Counted from the first letter of the stretch, positions 20,561-32,137 are shown. The stretch is 64,000 bases of DNA from Candidatus Dadabacteria bacterium (GCA_963805855.1 CAWDVW010000005.1:768001-832000); one strand, 5' to 3'. The notes: generated by a model not told the origin, from the sequence alone. Numbers and translations are program-made.

Positions 20561-23272
20561 CTAATGAGCCTCTGCCCAGCTCTTGCCCACTCCTATATCT
20601 ACCCTTACAGGAACCTCAAGAGTAAAGGCCCCTTCCATTTCCTCCTTTACCATCCCCGATATCACATCCAGTTCATCCTTATAGACCTCAAACAAAAGCT
20701 CATCATGAACCTGTAGAATCATCTTGGACTTATAGCCCGAAGCCAATTTATCATGTATTTTTATCATCGCAATATCTAAAATGTCTGCGGCCGAACCCTG
20801 TATAGGTGTATTGATCGCAGCCCTCTCCCCGATACCCCGCGCCGTCCTGTCGGTGGATGTCAGCTCCGGTATTGGTCTTCGCCTTCCAAGAATCGTTTCG
20901 GCATAGCCTCTATTTTGCGCAACTCGAACCGACTCCTCCATATAATTCTTTACACTACTATAACGCTTAAAGTATTCATTCATATAATTTCGAGCTATTG
21001 AAATCGAGGTGCCAAGCTGCCTTGCAAGCCCAAAGGCGCTTATCCCATAGATAATCCCGAAGTTGATATTCTTTGAAAGTCTTCTCATATCAGCGCTAAT
21101 CATATCTTCAGTGACTCCAAAGATCTCAGAAGCGGTTCGATTGTGGATATCACTTCCGGCCTTGAATGCAGCCCTCAGTCCCTCATCACCAGAGAAATGC
21201 GCAAGGAGCCTGAGCTCTATCTGCGAATAATCTGCAGATAGAAGCACGAACCCCTCTTGGGGAACAAAGGCTTTCCTGATCCTCTTTCCTTCCTCGGATC
21301 TTATCGGAATGTTTTGCAGATTAGGATCGCTCGAGCTGACCCTCCCCGTAGAGGTTCCCACCTGATTGAAAGAGGTATGTATTCTTCCCGTTTCAGGGTT
21401 GATGAGCTTAGGCAACGCATCCACATAGGTGGATTTAAGCTTCGAGAGCCCCCTGTATTCGAGTATTTTCTGGGGAACCGGATGCAGTCTGCTCAGATCA
21501 TTTAGCACATCGACATCAGTGGAGGGCTCACCAGTCCTTGTGAGTTTTTTCTTTGGCAATCCTAACCTGTCAAACAATACTTCTCTTAACTGGATCGGAG
21601 AATTCAGGTTAAATTCAAATCCAACCTGTTCGTATATGTGAATTGCCAAGTCTTCCAATCCGGCTTGAAACTCCGTAGATAAATCTTTTAAACGAGAAGA
21701 ATCGACTTTTACACCATTAATTTCCACCCTTGCGAGAACCTCAATCAGTTTAAGATAAACATCGTTGAAGACCTTAATAAGATTTATTTCTTCAAGTAAC
21801 GGAACCAGTTTCCTGCAAAGTAACAATGCGACATCGGCATCCTCACATGCATATACCTTAGCCTTCTCCAACTCCACCTCATCAAAATCGATCTTACTCC
21901 TTCCAGACCCCGTAACGTCTTTATAAGTAATTGTGTTATGACCAAGGTAGATCTTCGAAAGCTCATCTAAGCTATAGCTCATCCTGGAAGAATCCAGTAG
22001 ATGGGCTGCAATCATGGTATCGCAGTCGATTCCCCGAAGTCTTAATCCGTATTTTTCGAGGACAATATAGTCGTATTTCAGGTTCTGACCTATTTTCTTG
22101 ACTCCCTCATCTTCAACGATTGATTTTAGCTTCTCAAGAACATGATCAAGACTTAATTGCTTTCTGGAATCGACTAGAGACCTGTGAGCTACGGGTATAT
22201 AAAAAGCCTCATGTGGTACAATTGAAAGGGAAACCCCGACAATTTCCGCCCTCATAGGTTCCCGAGATGTAGTTTCGAGATCTAAGGAGACCTCTCCCGC
22301 CCCCTTTATTCGATTAATTACTTTCTCTAGCTCATCGTCAGAAAATACAAGGTGGTAGTTATCATAATAAACCTCACTTTCAATATTATTATCCTTATGT
22401 TTTGCTACAGCAGGATCGTTTATCTCGCCTATTTCACGCAGTAAGGATTTAAACTCCAACTCGTCAAAAATTCTTAGAACTTTGTCCTTATTAATCGCTT
22501 GAAATCTAAAATCCTCGACAGTAAATTTGATAGGAACATCGGTTTTGATGGTTACGAGCTTTTTACTTAGCAAGGCATTCTCTTTATTATCTTCTATTAA
22601 CTCCCTCTGCCTCTTACTCAGTTTGTCGAGGTTATCAAAAATGCCTTCTAAGGATCCATATTTACTGATTAGCTCTTTTGCGGTTTTGTCGCCAATACCC
22701 TTCACACCCGGAATATTGTCAATTGAGTCCCCGGCAAGTGCAAATACATCTGTAACCCTTTCAGGTGGAACACTAAATTTTTCACGAACATCCTCTAAGC
22801 CGGTTTCTTTATTCCTCATGGTATCAATAAGCGTAACACTCTCCGAGACGAGCTGGCTGAAATCCTTATCTCCGGTAATGACCACAACTTTTAGGCCCTT
22901 ATTTACTGAATCCCTCGTTATCGTTCCTATCAGGTCGTCCGCTTCATAACCCTCCATCTGGAACTTCGGTATGGCCAACGCATCGACCACCTCATAGATC
23001 TTCGGTATTTGTTGCTTCAGATCATCGGGTGGCTCCTCCCTGTTGGCTTTGTAAAGCGGGTAGATTTCGTCCCTGAATGTTTTACCCTTTGAATCAAAAA
23101 CAATTGCCAGATAATCAGGCTTATAATCCTTCAGAAACTTGAAAATCATGTTTGTAAACCCGTAGATAGCGTTTGTAGGAAATCCCTTAGAATTGCTTAG
23201 GCTTCTGATCGCATGATATGCTCGAAATATGTAGGAGCTACCATCGATGAGATATAAAGTCGGTTCTTTCAC
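20561..23272 (-). CDS. polA: DNA polymerase I
   Basis: LIDGSSYIFRAYHA 5'-nuclease, DLET exonuclease, DYSQIELRLLAH, NFGIIYG, QVHDEL. Confidence 0.98.
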   Translation of the reverse strand: MKEPTLYLIDGSSYIFRAYHAIRSLSNSKGFPTNAIYGFTNMIFKFLKDYKPDYLAIVFDSKGKTFRDEIYPLYKANREEPPDDLKQQIPKIYEVVDALAIPKFQMEGYEADDLIGTITRDSVNKGLKVVVITGDKDFSQLVSESVTLIDTMRNKETGLEDVREKFSVPPERVTDVFALAGDSIDNIPGVKGIGDKTAKELISKYGSLEGIFDNLDKLSKRQRELIEDNKENALLSKKLVTIKTDVPIKFTVEDFRFQAINKDKVLRIFDELEFKSLLREIGEINDPAVAKHKDNNIESEVYYDNYHLVFSDDELEKVINRIKGAGEVSLDLETTSREPMRAEIVGVSLSIVPHEAFYIPVAHRSLVDSRKQLSLDHVLEKLKSIVEDEGVKKIGQNLKYDYIVLEKYGLRLRGIDCDTMIAAHLLDSSRMSYSLDELSKIYLGHNTITYKDVTGSGRSKIDFDEVELEKAKVYACEDADVALLLCRKLVPLLEEINLIKVFNDVYLKLIEVLARVEINGVKVDSSRLKDLSTEFQAGLEDLAIHIYEQVGFEFNLNSPIQLREVLFDRLGLPKKKLTRTGEPSTDVDVLNDLSRLHPVPQKILEYRGLSKLKSTYVDALPKLINPETGRIHTSFNQVGTSTGRVSSSDPNLQNIPIRSEEGKRIRKAFVPQEGFVLLSADYSQIELRLLAHFSGDEGLRAAFKAGSDIHNRTASEIFGVTEDMISADMRRLSKNINFGIIYGISAFGLARQLGTSISIARNYMNEYFKRYSSVKNYMEESVRVAQNRGYAETILGRRRPIPELTSTDRTARGIGERAAINTPIQGSAADILDIAMIKIHDKLASGYKSKMILQVHDELLFEVYKDELDVISGMVKEEMEGAFTLEVPVRVDIGVGKSWAEAH

Positions 23273-23528
23273 TCTACTACATTGTAGGATTCTTAAGGTG
23301 ATGTGTCAAAGCAATCATGAATGATGATGTAGGAATACTGCAGACTGCGACGGGTGTTCCGAACAATGCTAAGAGCATGAATACGATCATTTTAAAAGAT
23401 GCGCAGAGTCTTGCAGAAGATGTGCTGATGAATGCCCTAAATTGGTTATCCCATAACGAAGCTCATTATCCGCATGATCAAGATTTTTGTAATAAGCAAT
23501 CAGCTATCAAAACTATACTTAAATTAAA

Positions 23529-23558
23529 AGAGGCTGCCGGCGGCAGCCTCCAATTTGT
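23529..23558. terminator. Probable intrinsic terminator (likely for the cupin operon)
   Basis: GAGGCTGCC/GGCAGCCTC stem with A-tract on left (U-tract on minus strand). Confidence 0.6.
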
Positions 23559-23606
23559 TCGATTTTGCACACAAGTATCAAAGCTTAAAACCTGAAAGCG
23601 GAAGCC

Positions 23607-24077
23607 CTATAAATATTTAATCGCGTATTTTCTGGAAAGCGCATCAATTTGCTCGTCTGTTGGATCTCCAGCCGCAAATAGATCAGCCAACTCGACGAAA
23701 TAATTATCAAACTGGCCCGGCAATATTGTATCCATGAGCCTGCTCGGCTTATCCCCAATATTTGTAAAGCCATGAGGAATACCTCTTGGTAATAGTGCCA
23801 TCACTCCTGGAACTGCCGTCATCTTTTGATCCCCAAGACTGACTTCAATTTCTCCTTCCAAGAGATAGACAAGCTCATCTTCACGTTCATGAACATGAAG
23901 TGCTACACCCTTTCCGGGTGGTGTAACAATCTCTATCACAGAGAAAACATCATTGGTGTCCTCGCTCTTTACCTTGTGAAAAAACTGACTGCCTACCATG
24001 TTTAACTCTTCACCACCGCCGGGCGGGACTATAATTGGTTCTTGCTCAAAGGCGACATCCTTTATCTTTAATTCCAT
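23607..24077 (-). CDS. Cupin domain protein
   Basis: LHVHEREDELVYLLEG and PRGIPHGFTN cupin motifs. Confidence 0.9.
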   Translation of the reverse strand: MELKIKDVAFEQEPIIVPPGGGEELNMVGSQFFHKVKSEDTNDVFSVIEIVTPPGKGVALHVHEREDELVYLLEGEIEVSLGDQKMTAVPGVMALLPRGIPHGFTNIGDKPSRLMDTILPGQFDNYFVELADLFAAGDPTDEQIDALSRKYAIKYL

Positions 24078-24187
24078 TGTATTTACCTCCGTTTTTTGTA
24101 TTTTTCCATATTCCTGCTCAAACCCTACTTCAACTAATAAAAATGACTCTCCGCAAGAAGCAGAGAGACTACTAATTGGCTTACCTG

Positions 24188-24658
24188 CTATAAGACCAGG
24201 GCTACCCTAGGCTTTAACGCACCCATAGTCTCTGCGCGCCTTTTCAGGTGTGCCGTTCCAAAAACAATGTTAAACTTCTTACACCACACTACGACAGAGA
24301 CATACTGATCCAAAGCCACGCCTTCTGGTACCTGATATACTTGTGTGCCATTTAAGCTTTTTAACCTACCCAGCGATACAAAATCACCCTGGTCATATCC
24401 CATTGGGGGATTCTTTTTATGAAGCAACAGATGTAGATCAGGACCCTCCGCCGTGGAAAAGTCGTCACCTAGTCGGACGTAGATACGATTCTCTTTTTGG
24501 AGAATCTCTACGGTCCCTGTTGTTTCATGATCCGCGTCAACCGTAACAAATTTCCCAGAGTCTAACACTTCCGCAGCTCTGACGCTTTCATATCCTATAC
24601 ACATAAGCGTCATGGCCCCTATCAAAAAAACTTTTAGTACGCCTAATGTCGTAACCAT
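24188..24658 (-). CDS. DM13 domain protein, exported
   Basis: GPDLHLLL, LGRLK..NGTQVY, SVVVWCKKFNIVFGTA. Confidence 0.88.
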   Translation of the reverse strand: MVTTLGVLKVFLIGAMTLMCIGYESVRAAEVLDSGKFVTVDADHETTGTVEILQKENRIYVRLGDDFSTAEGPDLHLLLHKKNPPMGYDQGDFVSLGRLKSLNGTQVYQVPEGVALDQYVSVVVWCKKFNIVFGTAHLKRRAETMGALKPRVALVL

Positions 24659-24724
24659 TTGATCACCTCCTACAGAAACATTTTGTTAATGCGCTAACTT
24701 GTTGCATCTTCATACCAAATCGGC

Positions 24725-25432
24725 TTACACTGCTTCACTCCATTCGTGAAAATAATCTGAAAGTTTATCCCTTAGAGAAAGCCTTGCCCTGTGAAGCCTA
24801 GACTTGACTGCAGGAAGGGATAGTTCTAGTATCTTTCCAACCTCCGGATTCGAAAGACCTTCTACATGCCTTAAATGAAACACAATCCTATATTTTTCCG
24901 GAAGATCGCTGATTGCCTTTTCTATTTGTTCCATTCCCTCTCTTTCGATAAGGATCTTATCAATTGAGTAACTCCAATCTCTTATCTCGAATCCACCTAC
25001 GTTTCCATTGCCATGATATGCTCGAGAACCATCCAGGCTGATTCGTTTCTCATAATCATTTTGTTTCCTAAGAAACCCCAAAGTTGCGTGCATTGCCACT
25101 CGATAGAGCCAGGTAGAGAATTTTGCCTCTTGGCGAAAGGTATGTAGCTTCTCTACCAGCGTTATAAAAACCTCTTGGAGCAGGTCATCGGCATATCGCA
25201 CATTGTTTGTGATTCTATATGCGAGTCTGTGAATCTTCTCGCCATAGCGATTGACTATTTCATTAAAAGCCCACTCGTCTTCTTTTTCCAGATAGAGCTT
25301 AACCAAAACTTCGTCAGATAAATCATTGTAATCTAATCCGGCGATGTCTTCTGAGTAATCTCGCGCTAAGGATTCGGCGATATAAGATCCCGTGTTTATT
25401 TGGTCTGCGACCGAAAGGCTAGCATTCATCAT
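24725..25432 (-). CDS. ECF (sigma-70 group 4) sigma factor
   Basis: DDLLQEVF, FSTWLYRVA region 2; LPEKYR..F.LR..EGLS..EV...L..AVKSRLHRAR region 4. Confidence 0.93.
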   Translation of the reverse strand: MMNASLSVADQINTGSYIAESLARDYSEDIAGLDYNDLSDEVLVKLYLEKEDEWAFNEIVNRYGEKIHRLAYRITNNVRYADDLLQEVFITLVEKLHTFRQEAKFSTWLYRVAMHATLGFLRKQNDYEKRISLDGSRAYHGNGNVGGFEIRDWSYSIDKILIEREGMEQIEKAISDLPEKYRIVFHLRHVEGLSNPEVGKILELSLPAVKSRLHRARLSLRDKLSDYFHEWSEAV

Positions 25433-25434
25433 AT

Positions 25435-25734
25435 CTAATCTCCTCTATTGATGGATATCAAATCTTTTAAGAGCGCCTCTATGAACATAGGGCAATTGAT
25501 TATTTGCAAATTTTCGTCTTTAATGCTCTCTAGCATTTTCACTCCATCGGTATCAATATAAGAAACGCCGGACACATCTAATAAAACCGTCTTTTCTTCA
25601 TTTTTTGTATATTTCACGCACTCTTCCGTGAGAAGCGATATACAAGTGCCAACCAATTTTCCGTCCACTTTCAGTTTTATAGTTTCTTCGTCTTCGAACA
25701 TTTCTGTAATCCTAAACATTCTCGTATCCACCAT
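25435..25734 (-). CDS. STAS-domain protein
   Basis: LKVDGKL and LDVSGVSYIDTDG motifs. Confidence 0.8.
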   Translation of the reverse strand: MVDTRMFRITEMFEDEETIKLKVDGKLVGTCISLLTEECVKYTKNEEKTVLLDVSGVSYIDTDGVKMLESIKDENLQIINCPMFIEALLKDLISINRGD

Positions 25735-25769
25735 ATCTCCGGGCTCAAGTTGTTTGGTCTAGCATAGGT

Positions 25770-25785
25770 GCAAGTGGTGTGCCAA
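25770..25785 (-). promoter_or_regulatory. Sigma54 -24/-12 promoter of STAS-ECF-DM13-cupin operon
   Basis: Minus strand TTGGCAC-ACCAC-TTGC, consensus spacing, about 35 nt upstream of ATG. Confidence 0.85.
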
Positions 25786-26262
25786 GTATGAAGAAAGCCA
25801 CTAAGCCCTTGACTTAATTGATTTACTTAGCGTGATCACGATTTTTCTCCAATTCTTCTGAAAGACAGAAGCTTCGAGATTTAGCGGACGCCGTGAAATA
25901 TAAAAGCCGCAAGGTCTATATTTTAGTTATCTTAGACCGTCCCTAACCTCCCAGATTTATCATTTGAGTTCATTGGAAATAAGTGCGATTCCTATCTTGG
26001 CTTCATTCATGGAAGCTTTAACGTTGAGTTCGACCTCCTTTCGCATAAGACCTCCGGATTACAAATTGGAGAAAACCCATTTGATTCTAGGTCCGGTCAA
26101 CCACTTACAACTCACGTGGATGTTTGTTATCCTGTATTACGTTGAGTGAAATATCACATGTGTTTAAAATTCATAAACCTAGGTTATATTTAAGAATCTT
26201 ATAGCTTCCGGACTGTACTCATTTAGTAAAAAAGATCAGGAGAATCAACGGGGGAGAAGACT

Positions 26263-28704
26263 TTGAAGGCGAAAGAGGAGAATTTCCGAAAGATTTTTCA
26301 TCACTCCAATGATGCCATATTTGTCATTGATCCGCCCAACGATAAAATTCTTGAGGTCAATCCAAAGGCCTGCCAAATGCTCGGTTACTCCAAAAAAGAA
26401 CTCTTGTCCATGAAAGTTTCCGATGTTCACCCTTATGAAATGCCTAAGTTGCTTGATTTTACAAAGTCGGTTGCCAAGATTGGACACGGATGGACCAATG
26501 AGCTTACATGTCTCACAAAAAATGGGGATTCCCTTTCTGCTGAGATTTCAGCGTCAACAATAGATCTAGCTGGAAGCAACTGTATTATTGCAATGGTGCG
26601 TGATATTACAGAACGCAAGCAGATGGAAGAAGCACTTAGGAAAACACGTGATGGCCTGGAACTCAAAGTAACCGAAAGAACCGCCGAACTTTCAAAAACG
26701 ATTGAAACACTCAAAGAACAAATAGGAGAGCGAAAGCGAGTCGAGGGAGCTTTAAAGAGATTAAAACGACAAGATGAGCTTATTTTGAACGCAGCGGGTG
26801 AGGGGATCTATGGCCTAGACTCTGAGGGGAGAACTACATTCGTTAATCCGGCCGCAGCCAAGATGATCGGCTGGGACGCAGAAGAACTGATTGGCAAACC
26901 CCAGCACGATATTCTTCATCACTCGAAACCCGATGGCACTCCTTACCCTCGGGAAGACTGTCCGATCTACGCAGCATTTAAAGACGGAATTGTTCACCAT
27001 GTGGATATTGAGGCTTTTTGGAGAAAGGATGGCACGAGTTTTCCGGTTGAATACACAAGCACCCCGATTTGGGAAGACGGAAAACTGGTGGGCGCGGTGG
27101 TGGTATTTAAGGATATCACAGAGCGTAAGTGGGCGGAGGAAGCACTTAACGAAACCCTCGCTCAGCTCTCCAAAAAGAATCGTTACGAGACAATTATTGG
27201 CACTGTAACTCGGAGTGTGCATCAGTCAATCAATCTCCAGGAGGTTTTGGAAAATGCAGTTGAGTCGATGAGTAAGAATATTGATAAGGTGCAGCACGCC
27301 GCAATTTATCTTGTTGAAAGTAATGAGGCAGTCATGAAAGCTCATAGGGGTTACTTGGATTGGTTCGTCAGGAGGGTGGGAAGAATCCCCTATCCAAAGG
27401 GACTTACCTGGAAGACTATTATAGAGGGAAAGACCAGGTATTGTGCAGACGTAGACCAAGATAATTCCATTGGCCCGGCTGGAAGGGAAGCGGGAATAAA
27501 AAGCTATGTCTCCATGCCAATTACTTGCGAAGCAAAGACTGTAGGTGCTCTAAATGTATCTTCCCTACAGAAGAATACGTTTAGCGAAGAGGAGGTAAAT
27601 CTACTTGAAATAGTGACCCAGCAAATCGGGATAGCGATTAATAACGCAAAGCAGGCAGAGGCGTTACGAAAAGCGCTCGAAGAAGTGGAACAGCTTAAGG
27701 ACCGGCTCCAGGCCGAAAATGTCTATCTACAGGAAGAGATTAAAACTGAATACGATTTTGAAGAAATCGTAGGTCAGAGCGAAGCGCTCCAGAAGGTACT
27801 TCGAAAAGTGGAACAAGTGGCTCCGACTAATACCACTGTTTTGATTCAGGGTGAAACCGGTACAGGCAAGGAACTGATCGCCCGTGCGATTCATAGCCTG
27901 AGCCCACGCAAGAACAGACCCCTTGTAAAAGTGAATTGCGCAGCAATCTCAGCAGGATTGGTAGAAAGTGAATTGTTTGGCCATGAAAAAGGTGCTTTTA
28001 CAGGAGCTATACAGCAGCGAGGTGGTCGTTTCGAACTGGCAGACGGTGGAACCATATTTTTAGATGAAGTTGGAGATTTGCCTCTTGACACACAGGTTAA
28101 ACTCTTACGAGTGCTCCAGGAGGGCGAATTTGAACGCGTAGGTAGCAGTAAGTCAATCAAAGTCGATTTGCGAATTATTGCCGCAACAAACCGGAATCTG
28201 GTAGAGGCCGTAAAAGAAGGGACATTTCGCTCTGACCTCTTCTATCGACTGAGTGTTTTTCCAATGGAGGTACCACCCGTAAGAGAGCGAAAATCTGATG
28301 TTCCCCTCTTAGTAAGCTTCTTTCTTGGTAAATTTGCTAAGAGTTTAGGAAAAAAAATCGAAGGGGTTTCCAAAGATACTTTAGGTTTATTAGTGGACTA
28401 TTCTTGGCCAGGAAACATAAGGGAATTGCAAAATGTGATCGAGCGAGCTACTGTTCTTTCACGGGACCCAGTCCTCCGCATTGATGAATCTATGATTCTG
28501 GGGCTCGATGCGGGGCCAGAAGCTGATTTGGCAAAACCTGACTCAAAAAGACTTGAGGATATTGAACGTTTACACATTTTCGGTGTTCTTGAAGAGACCG
28601 ACTGGGTGATTGAGGGTAAGCACGGGGCTGCCTCAATTCTTGGTCTTAATCCCAGCACTCTTCGGTCTCGTATGCGAAAAATGGGTATCAAAAAGCTGGG
28701 GTAA
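26263..28704 (+). CDS. PAS-PAS-GAF sigma54-dependent enhancer-binding protein (Fis/FhlA-like)
   Basis: Two PAS domains, GAF, GETGTGKE, ESELFGHEKGAFTGA, FLDE, WPGNIRELQN, C-terminal HTH. Confidence 0.95.
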   Translation: MKAKEENFRKIFHHSNDAIFVIDPPNDKILEVNPKACQMLGYSKKELLSMKVSDVHPYEMPKLLDFTKSVAKIGHGWTNELTCLTKNGDSLSAEISASTIDLAGSNCIIAMVRDITERKQMEEALRKTRDGLELKVTERTAELSKTIETLKEQIGERKRVEGALKRLKRQDELILNAAGEGIYGLDSEGRTTFVNPAAAKMIGWDAEELIGKPQHDILHHSKPDGTPYPREDCPIYAAFKDGIVHHVDIEAFWRKDGTSFPVEYTSTPIWEDGKLVGAVVVFKDITERKWAEEALNETLAQLSKKNRYETIIGTVTRSVHQSINLQEVLENAVESMSKNIDKVQHAAIYLVESNEAVMKAHRGYLDWFVRRVGRIPYPKGLTWKTIIEGKTRYCADVDQDNSIGPAGREAGIKSYVSMPITCEAKTVGALNVSSLQKNTFSEEEVNLLEIVTQQIGIAINNAKQAEALRKALEEVEQLKDRLQAENVYLQEEIKTEYDFEEIVGQSEALQKVLRKVEQVAPTNTTVLIQGETGTGKELIARAIHSLSPRKNRPLVKVNCAAISAGLVESELFGHEKGAFTGAIQQRGGRFELADGGTIFLDEVGDLPLDTQVKLLRVLQEGEFERVGSSKSIKVDLRIIAATNRNLVEAVKEGTFRSDLFYRLSVFPMEVPPVRERKSDVPLLVSFFLGKFAKSLGKKIEGVSKDTLGLLVDYSWPGNIRELQNVIERATVLSRDPVLRIDESMILGLDAGPEADLAKPDSKRLEDIERLHIFGVLEETDWVIEGKHGAASILGLNPSTLRSRMRKMGIKKLG

Positions 28705-29172
28705 TCTGACTTTTAGAATAGTGGTTATTTTGTTGGGCGCGTAACCATAGTTAGACTGCAAAAAATGTAGTCTACGGCCTTTTCAACGTAAAAATCAAAA
28801 GAAGGTCGCCTCCGAAGCCACGGGTACCCCCAGATTAGGTGATGTTTTTATTGATGGGGATTTAGCCGATCGGACCTCGTCAACAAACACCGCACCATCT
28901 GGTTATCTTTTATTATTGAGTTTACAACCTCAACTTCTCCAGCTTGACTGAAAATGTCATGAAAGGCCTCTTCGACACTTTCTGGTAAAAACCATTCTCC
29001 CATATGGGGCCAGTAATGCTTCGAATCCGTGGGGAGTGAGATGTCTGCTACACGGCTACAAACAGCGAAAAAGACTTTTTTCCAGTCTCCGTCTGAAAAA
29101 ATAGATGGCTTCTTAATGTTCAGCGGAGTTCATATTCCCAGGAAACAGGGGCCTGTACCTAGGCTTCACCAT

Positions 29173-29781
29173 CTATTGTTTCGGTTTAACTGCCCTTAGC
29201 ACTGGATAGTATTGTGTAAAGACCCAGTCATCAGCAGCATTACCCTGATGACAGACATTGCAGTCCGCCACAGGATTTTTCTTGGTCGTTTCAGGATAGG
29301 GAGGCGCCTCATGACTAAATGTGAAATACGCCCAGTATCCTGGCTCATCCTTGAAACGTTTCGAGTCTTTAATTGCTGCCTCGAGCCCTATAAAGTCACC
29401 CTCAAAAAAGCCCTTACCGCTCGCTGCCTGAGTTGCGCCAACACTTACGAGCTCCTTTATGAGAACTGTACCTTCGCGGAATTGACCGGTCTTACTGTAA
29501 TGTTCAAAACTTTCGAGATCGATGTACACATTATGGAACTCGGGGAATGCGGCTTCTGGCGGATTCAGGGAGTTTGGCGTGACCGGCGTACCGACATAAA
29601 CCCACTTTCTCCATTCAAAGTTCTTCGGTTGGATCAGGTCACCCTTCTCATTATACCTGACAGCTTCTTCGGCTTCAGAAGGTAGGCCGAAAAATCCTGT
29701 GGACAAGGTAAACACTACAGTGAGTACCAAAAGTATCCAAACAGCCCCTCCCCTTTCGCCTGTAAATGATAATCTATACAT
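29173..29781 (-). CDS. Cytochrome P460 family protein
   Basis: Signal peptide, W.YVGT.VTPN.LN, FHNVYID, GTVLIKELVSVG, GDFIGLEA, CNVCH, VFTQYYPVLR. Confidence 0.92.
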   Translation of the reverse strand: MYRLSFTGERGGAVWILLVLTVVFTLSTGFFGLPSEAEEAVRYNEKGDLIQPKNFEWRKWVYVGTPVTPNSLNPPEAAFPEFHNVYIDLESFEHYSKTGQFREGTVLIKELVSVGATQAASGKGFFEGDFIGLEAAIKDSKRFKDEPGYWAYFTFSHEAPPYPETTKKNPVADCNVCHQGNAADDWVFTQYYPVLRAVKPKQ

Positions 29782-29971
29782 AACACACCTCCTTAAGGTT
29801 ATTTAAAATTTTGTCTTCTACATCATTATCTGCCCTTAAAAAGCCGGAGATTGAAATCCCCATCTTTTCACAGGCTGCCAGAGGCCACATTTGCTTTCAA
29901 TCTCCATTGCACAGTCATTAGTTACTGGTCAAATCTCTACGCTGTCTCCATAATAGATCTATGATTACGGA

Positions 29972-30529
29972 TCAACCTAACGATGACGGTTTATTGTTTA
30001 ACCCATCAAGAGCCTCTCCGAACGACCAGATCGAGGCTCCGAGCAGCACTATATCCTTAATCAGGAACTGCCCCGGGACAGTTGATAGAGCAGGGAATCC
30101 TCCCAGGCTCGGCTCCCAACCCGGAGTGGAAAGCAGAAAACTTAATGTTGTAAGAAACATTCCAACCGCCAGGGTACTTCCAATCAATGCTAATTTGGCC
30201 GAAAAAGGCCGCACTGCGATCATTAACGCGATTGAGATCTCGATGATACCAAGCAGGCTTGAAAACCCACGCACACTCAGCAACCCATACATCCAACCAA
30301 GAATTGGACTGTTTGCCACGAGTGGTTGAATCCCATAGGCTTCGTAGGCGGTGAATTTCATGCCAGCGATCCAAGCAATAACCAGGACGAGCCCGTATCG
30401 GATCACGAATGACCCTATAGCTTGTATCTTATTGCTTACCTCCGATCCGCGGCCCCTCTCCGGGTCCTCAATCGCTTCATCTTCTTTTCGTAATATCTGC
30501 TCTTCAGTTAAGGCTGTTAAGTTTCTCAT
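29972..30529 (-). CDS. YkgB/RclC (DUF417) inner-membrane protein
   Basis: WIAGMKFTAYEAYGIQPLVANSP, TLSFLLSTPG, GQFLIKDIVLL. Confidence 0.9.
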   Translation of the reverse strand: MRNLTALTEEQILRKEDEAIEDPERGRGSEVSNKIQAIGSFVIRYGLVLVIAWIAGMKFTAYEAYGIQPLVANSPILGWMYGLLSVRGFSSLLGIIEISIALMIAVRPFSAKLALIGSTLAVGMFLTTLSFLLSTPGWEPSLGGFPALSTVPGQFLIKDIVLLGASIWSFGEALDGLNNKPSSLG

Positions 30530-30712
30530 TTCTTACCCCTCTTTTGGTTTATTATTATTGCTCATGTCCGAGCATTCGCTACGCATCGTTTAAACGGCTT
30601 ATGTTCTTACTGCAGTGGGGGTTTCCCCAATTAATGATGTCACGTCCCAAGCGACCTCCTTTTTATCATTTGAGTTGAGATAGGAGTACGACTCGGGTCC
30701 CCTATCTCTTAG

Positions 30713-31726
30713 CTACTTCTTTGCACTTGACGTAATGCGCGTTGATAGGAAACTTCTGATCTTCTCGGCGATTACGTCACCGTCTTCTTCCAGTGCGAAG
30801 TGCCCCGTGTCGAGTAAATGGAATTCGAGATCATTCAAATCACGTTTGTAGGGGTAGGCGCCTTCTGCCGGAAAGATATAATCGTTCTTTCCCCAGACCA
30901 CCAACGTCGGCGGTTGGTGCTTACGGAAATAGGCTTGCCACTTGGGATACAGAGGCGGGTTGGAGCCATAATCGTAGAACAACTGGAGCTGAATCGCCTT
31001 GTTGCCGGGACGGTCAAGAAAGTATTGGTCAACAATCCAATTATCAGGGTTTATCGCCTCGACGTTTCGCACGCCATGGGCGTACTGCCACTTCGTCGCC
31101 TCAAGATTCAGGAATTTTTTCAGCGGCTCTGCCGTCTTATCATTGCGATCTGTCCAGTACGCTTTAAGCGGCACCCAGAATTCGCGAAGTCCTTCTTCAT
31201 AAGCATTTCCGTTCTGGACGATCAAGGCTTGGACCCTTTCGGGATGCTTGAGCGCCAGGCGAAACCCGACAGGCGCACCGTAATCCATGACGTACAGGCT
31301 GTACTCCTCAAGGCCCAGTTTCTGAATGAAACCCTCCATCACTTCCGCCAGATGGTCGAAGGTGTAATTGAACTCATCAACGGTCGGCATCGAGCTGTTG
31401 CCGAAACCGGGATAGTCCGGAGCCACCAAATGGAACTGATCCGACAGGGCCGGAATCAGGTTGCGGAACATCTGAGACGACGTGGGAAAGCCATGGAGTA
31501 ACAAAATAGTCGGTGCATTCTCCGGTCCCGCCTCGCGATAGAAGATGTCGAGTCCATCAACTTTGATGGTTTTATGAAGTGTCGGAAGGGTTTTTAACGT
31601 GGGAGTTGCCGCCGCAACTGAAGTTTGCTGCACGACGCCCGTATTTACTAATAGGCTCGCAATGCTTATCATGAAGACAGCGGCGGGCACGTTAATTCTT
31701 TTCAGATTCGATTTTAAATGTTTCAT
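30713..31726 (-). CDS. Alpha/beta hydrolase (epoxide hydrolase/dehalogenase-like), likely exported
   Basis: [23 protein letters not shown] nucleophile elbow, DTGHFALE. Confidence 0.92.
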   Translation of the reverse strand: MKHLKSNLKRINVPAAVFMISIASLLVNTGVVQQTSVAAATPTLKTLPTLHKTIKVDGLDIFYREAGPENAPTILLLHGFPTSSQMFRNLIPALSDQFHLVAPDYPGFGNSSMPTVDEFNYTFDHLAEVMEGFIQKLGLEEYSLYVMDYGAPVGFRLALKHPERVQALIVQNGNAYEEGLREFWVPLKAYWTDRNDKTAEPLKKFLNLEATKWQYAHGVRNVEAINPDNWIVDQYFLDRPGNKAIQLQLFYDYGSNPPLYPKWQAYFRKHQPPTLVVWGKNDYIFPAEGAYPYKRDLNDLEFHLLDTGHFALEEDGDVIAEKIRSFLSTRITSSAKK

Positions 31727-31831
31727 GGTTTCCTCCTAAATTTGGAATATGGATCTTGCGTCTTTGACTGGTTCAACTTTCCCCAACGCAAAATATGAGT
31801 TCGGGAAGGCTGTCGAACACAGTCACCGGCT

Positions 31832-32137
31832 TCAGTCGCCGTACTCGTAAAACAACGTCCCGTCCTCAACCCGCGTGGGCAAGGTAATCAATCGTGAGTC
31901 CTGGCGGGCTGGTCCCTTCAGGCGCCGACCGTCCCTGGAGCCAAATTCAGCGCCATGCCATTCACACACCAACTTATCACCGTCCCGCTTCATCGGACCG
32001 CCAAGATGCATGCAAATGTTGAGCATGGCTTTTGGCTTGCCTCCGACTTTGAGGATTAAAACCTCGCGACCGAAAAAGTCGATTTTCCTGCCTCCTTCCT
32101 CGGGAATCTCATCCAGTTTGCAAAGTGGTACTTTCAT
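31832..32137 (-). CDS. Rieske [2Fe-2S] ferredoxin
   Basis: CMHLGG and CEWHG ligands; GAGGAGG RBS before ATG at 32137. Confidence 0.9.
   Translation of the reverse strand: MKVPLCKLDEIPEEGGRKIDFFGREVLILKVGGKPKAMLNICMHLGGPMKRDGDKLVCEWHGAEFGSRDGRRLKGPARQDSRLITLPTRVEDGTLFYEYGD

Noticed and set aside
23317-23595. 92-aa ORF divergent from polA
   Set aside because: No RBS or motif, and it spans a terminator hairpin
28845-29110. Protein-like minus-strand reading (PHGFEALLAPYGRMVLPESVEEAF...)
   Set aside because: No clear start or recognisable family; possible pseudogene fragment but unsupported
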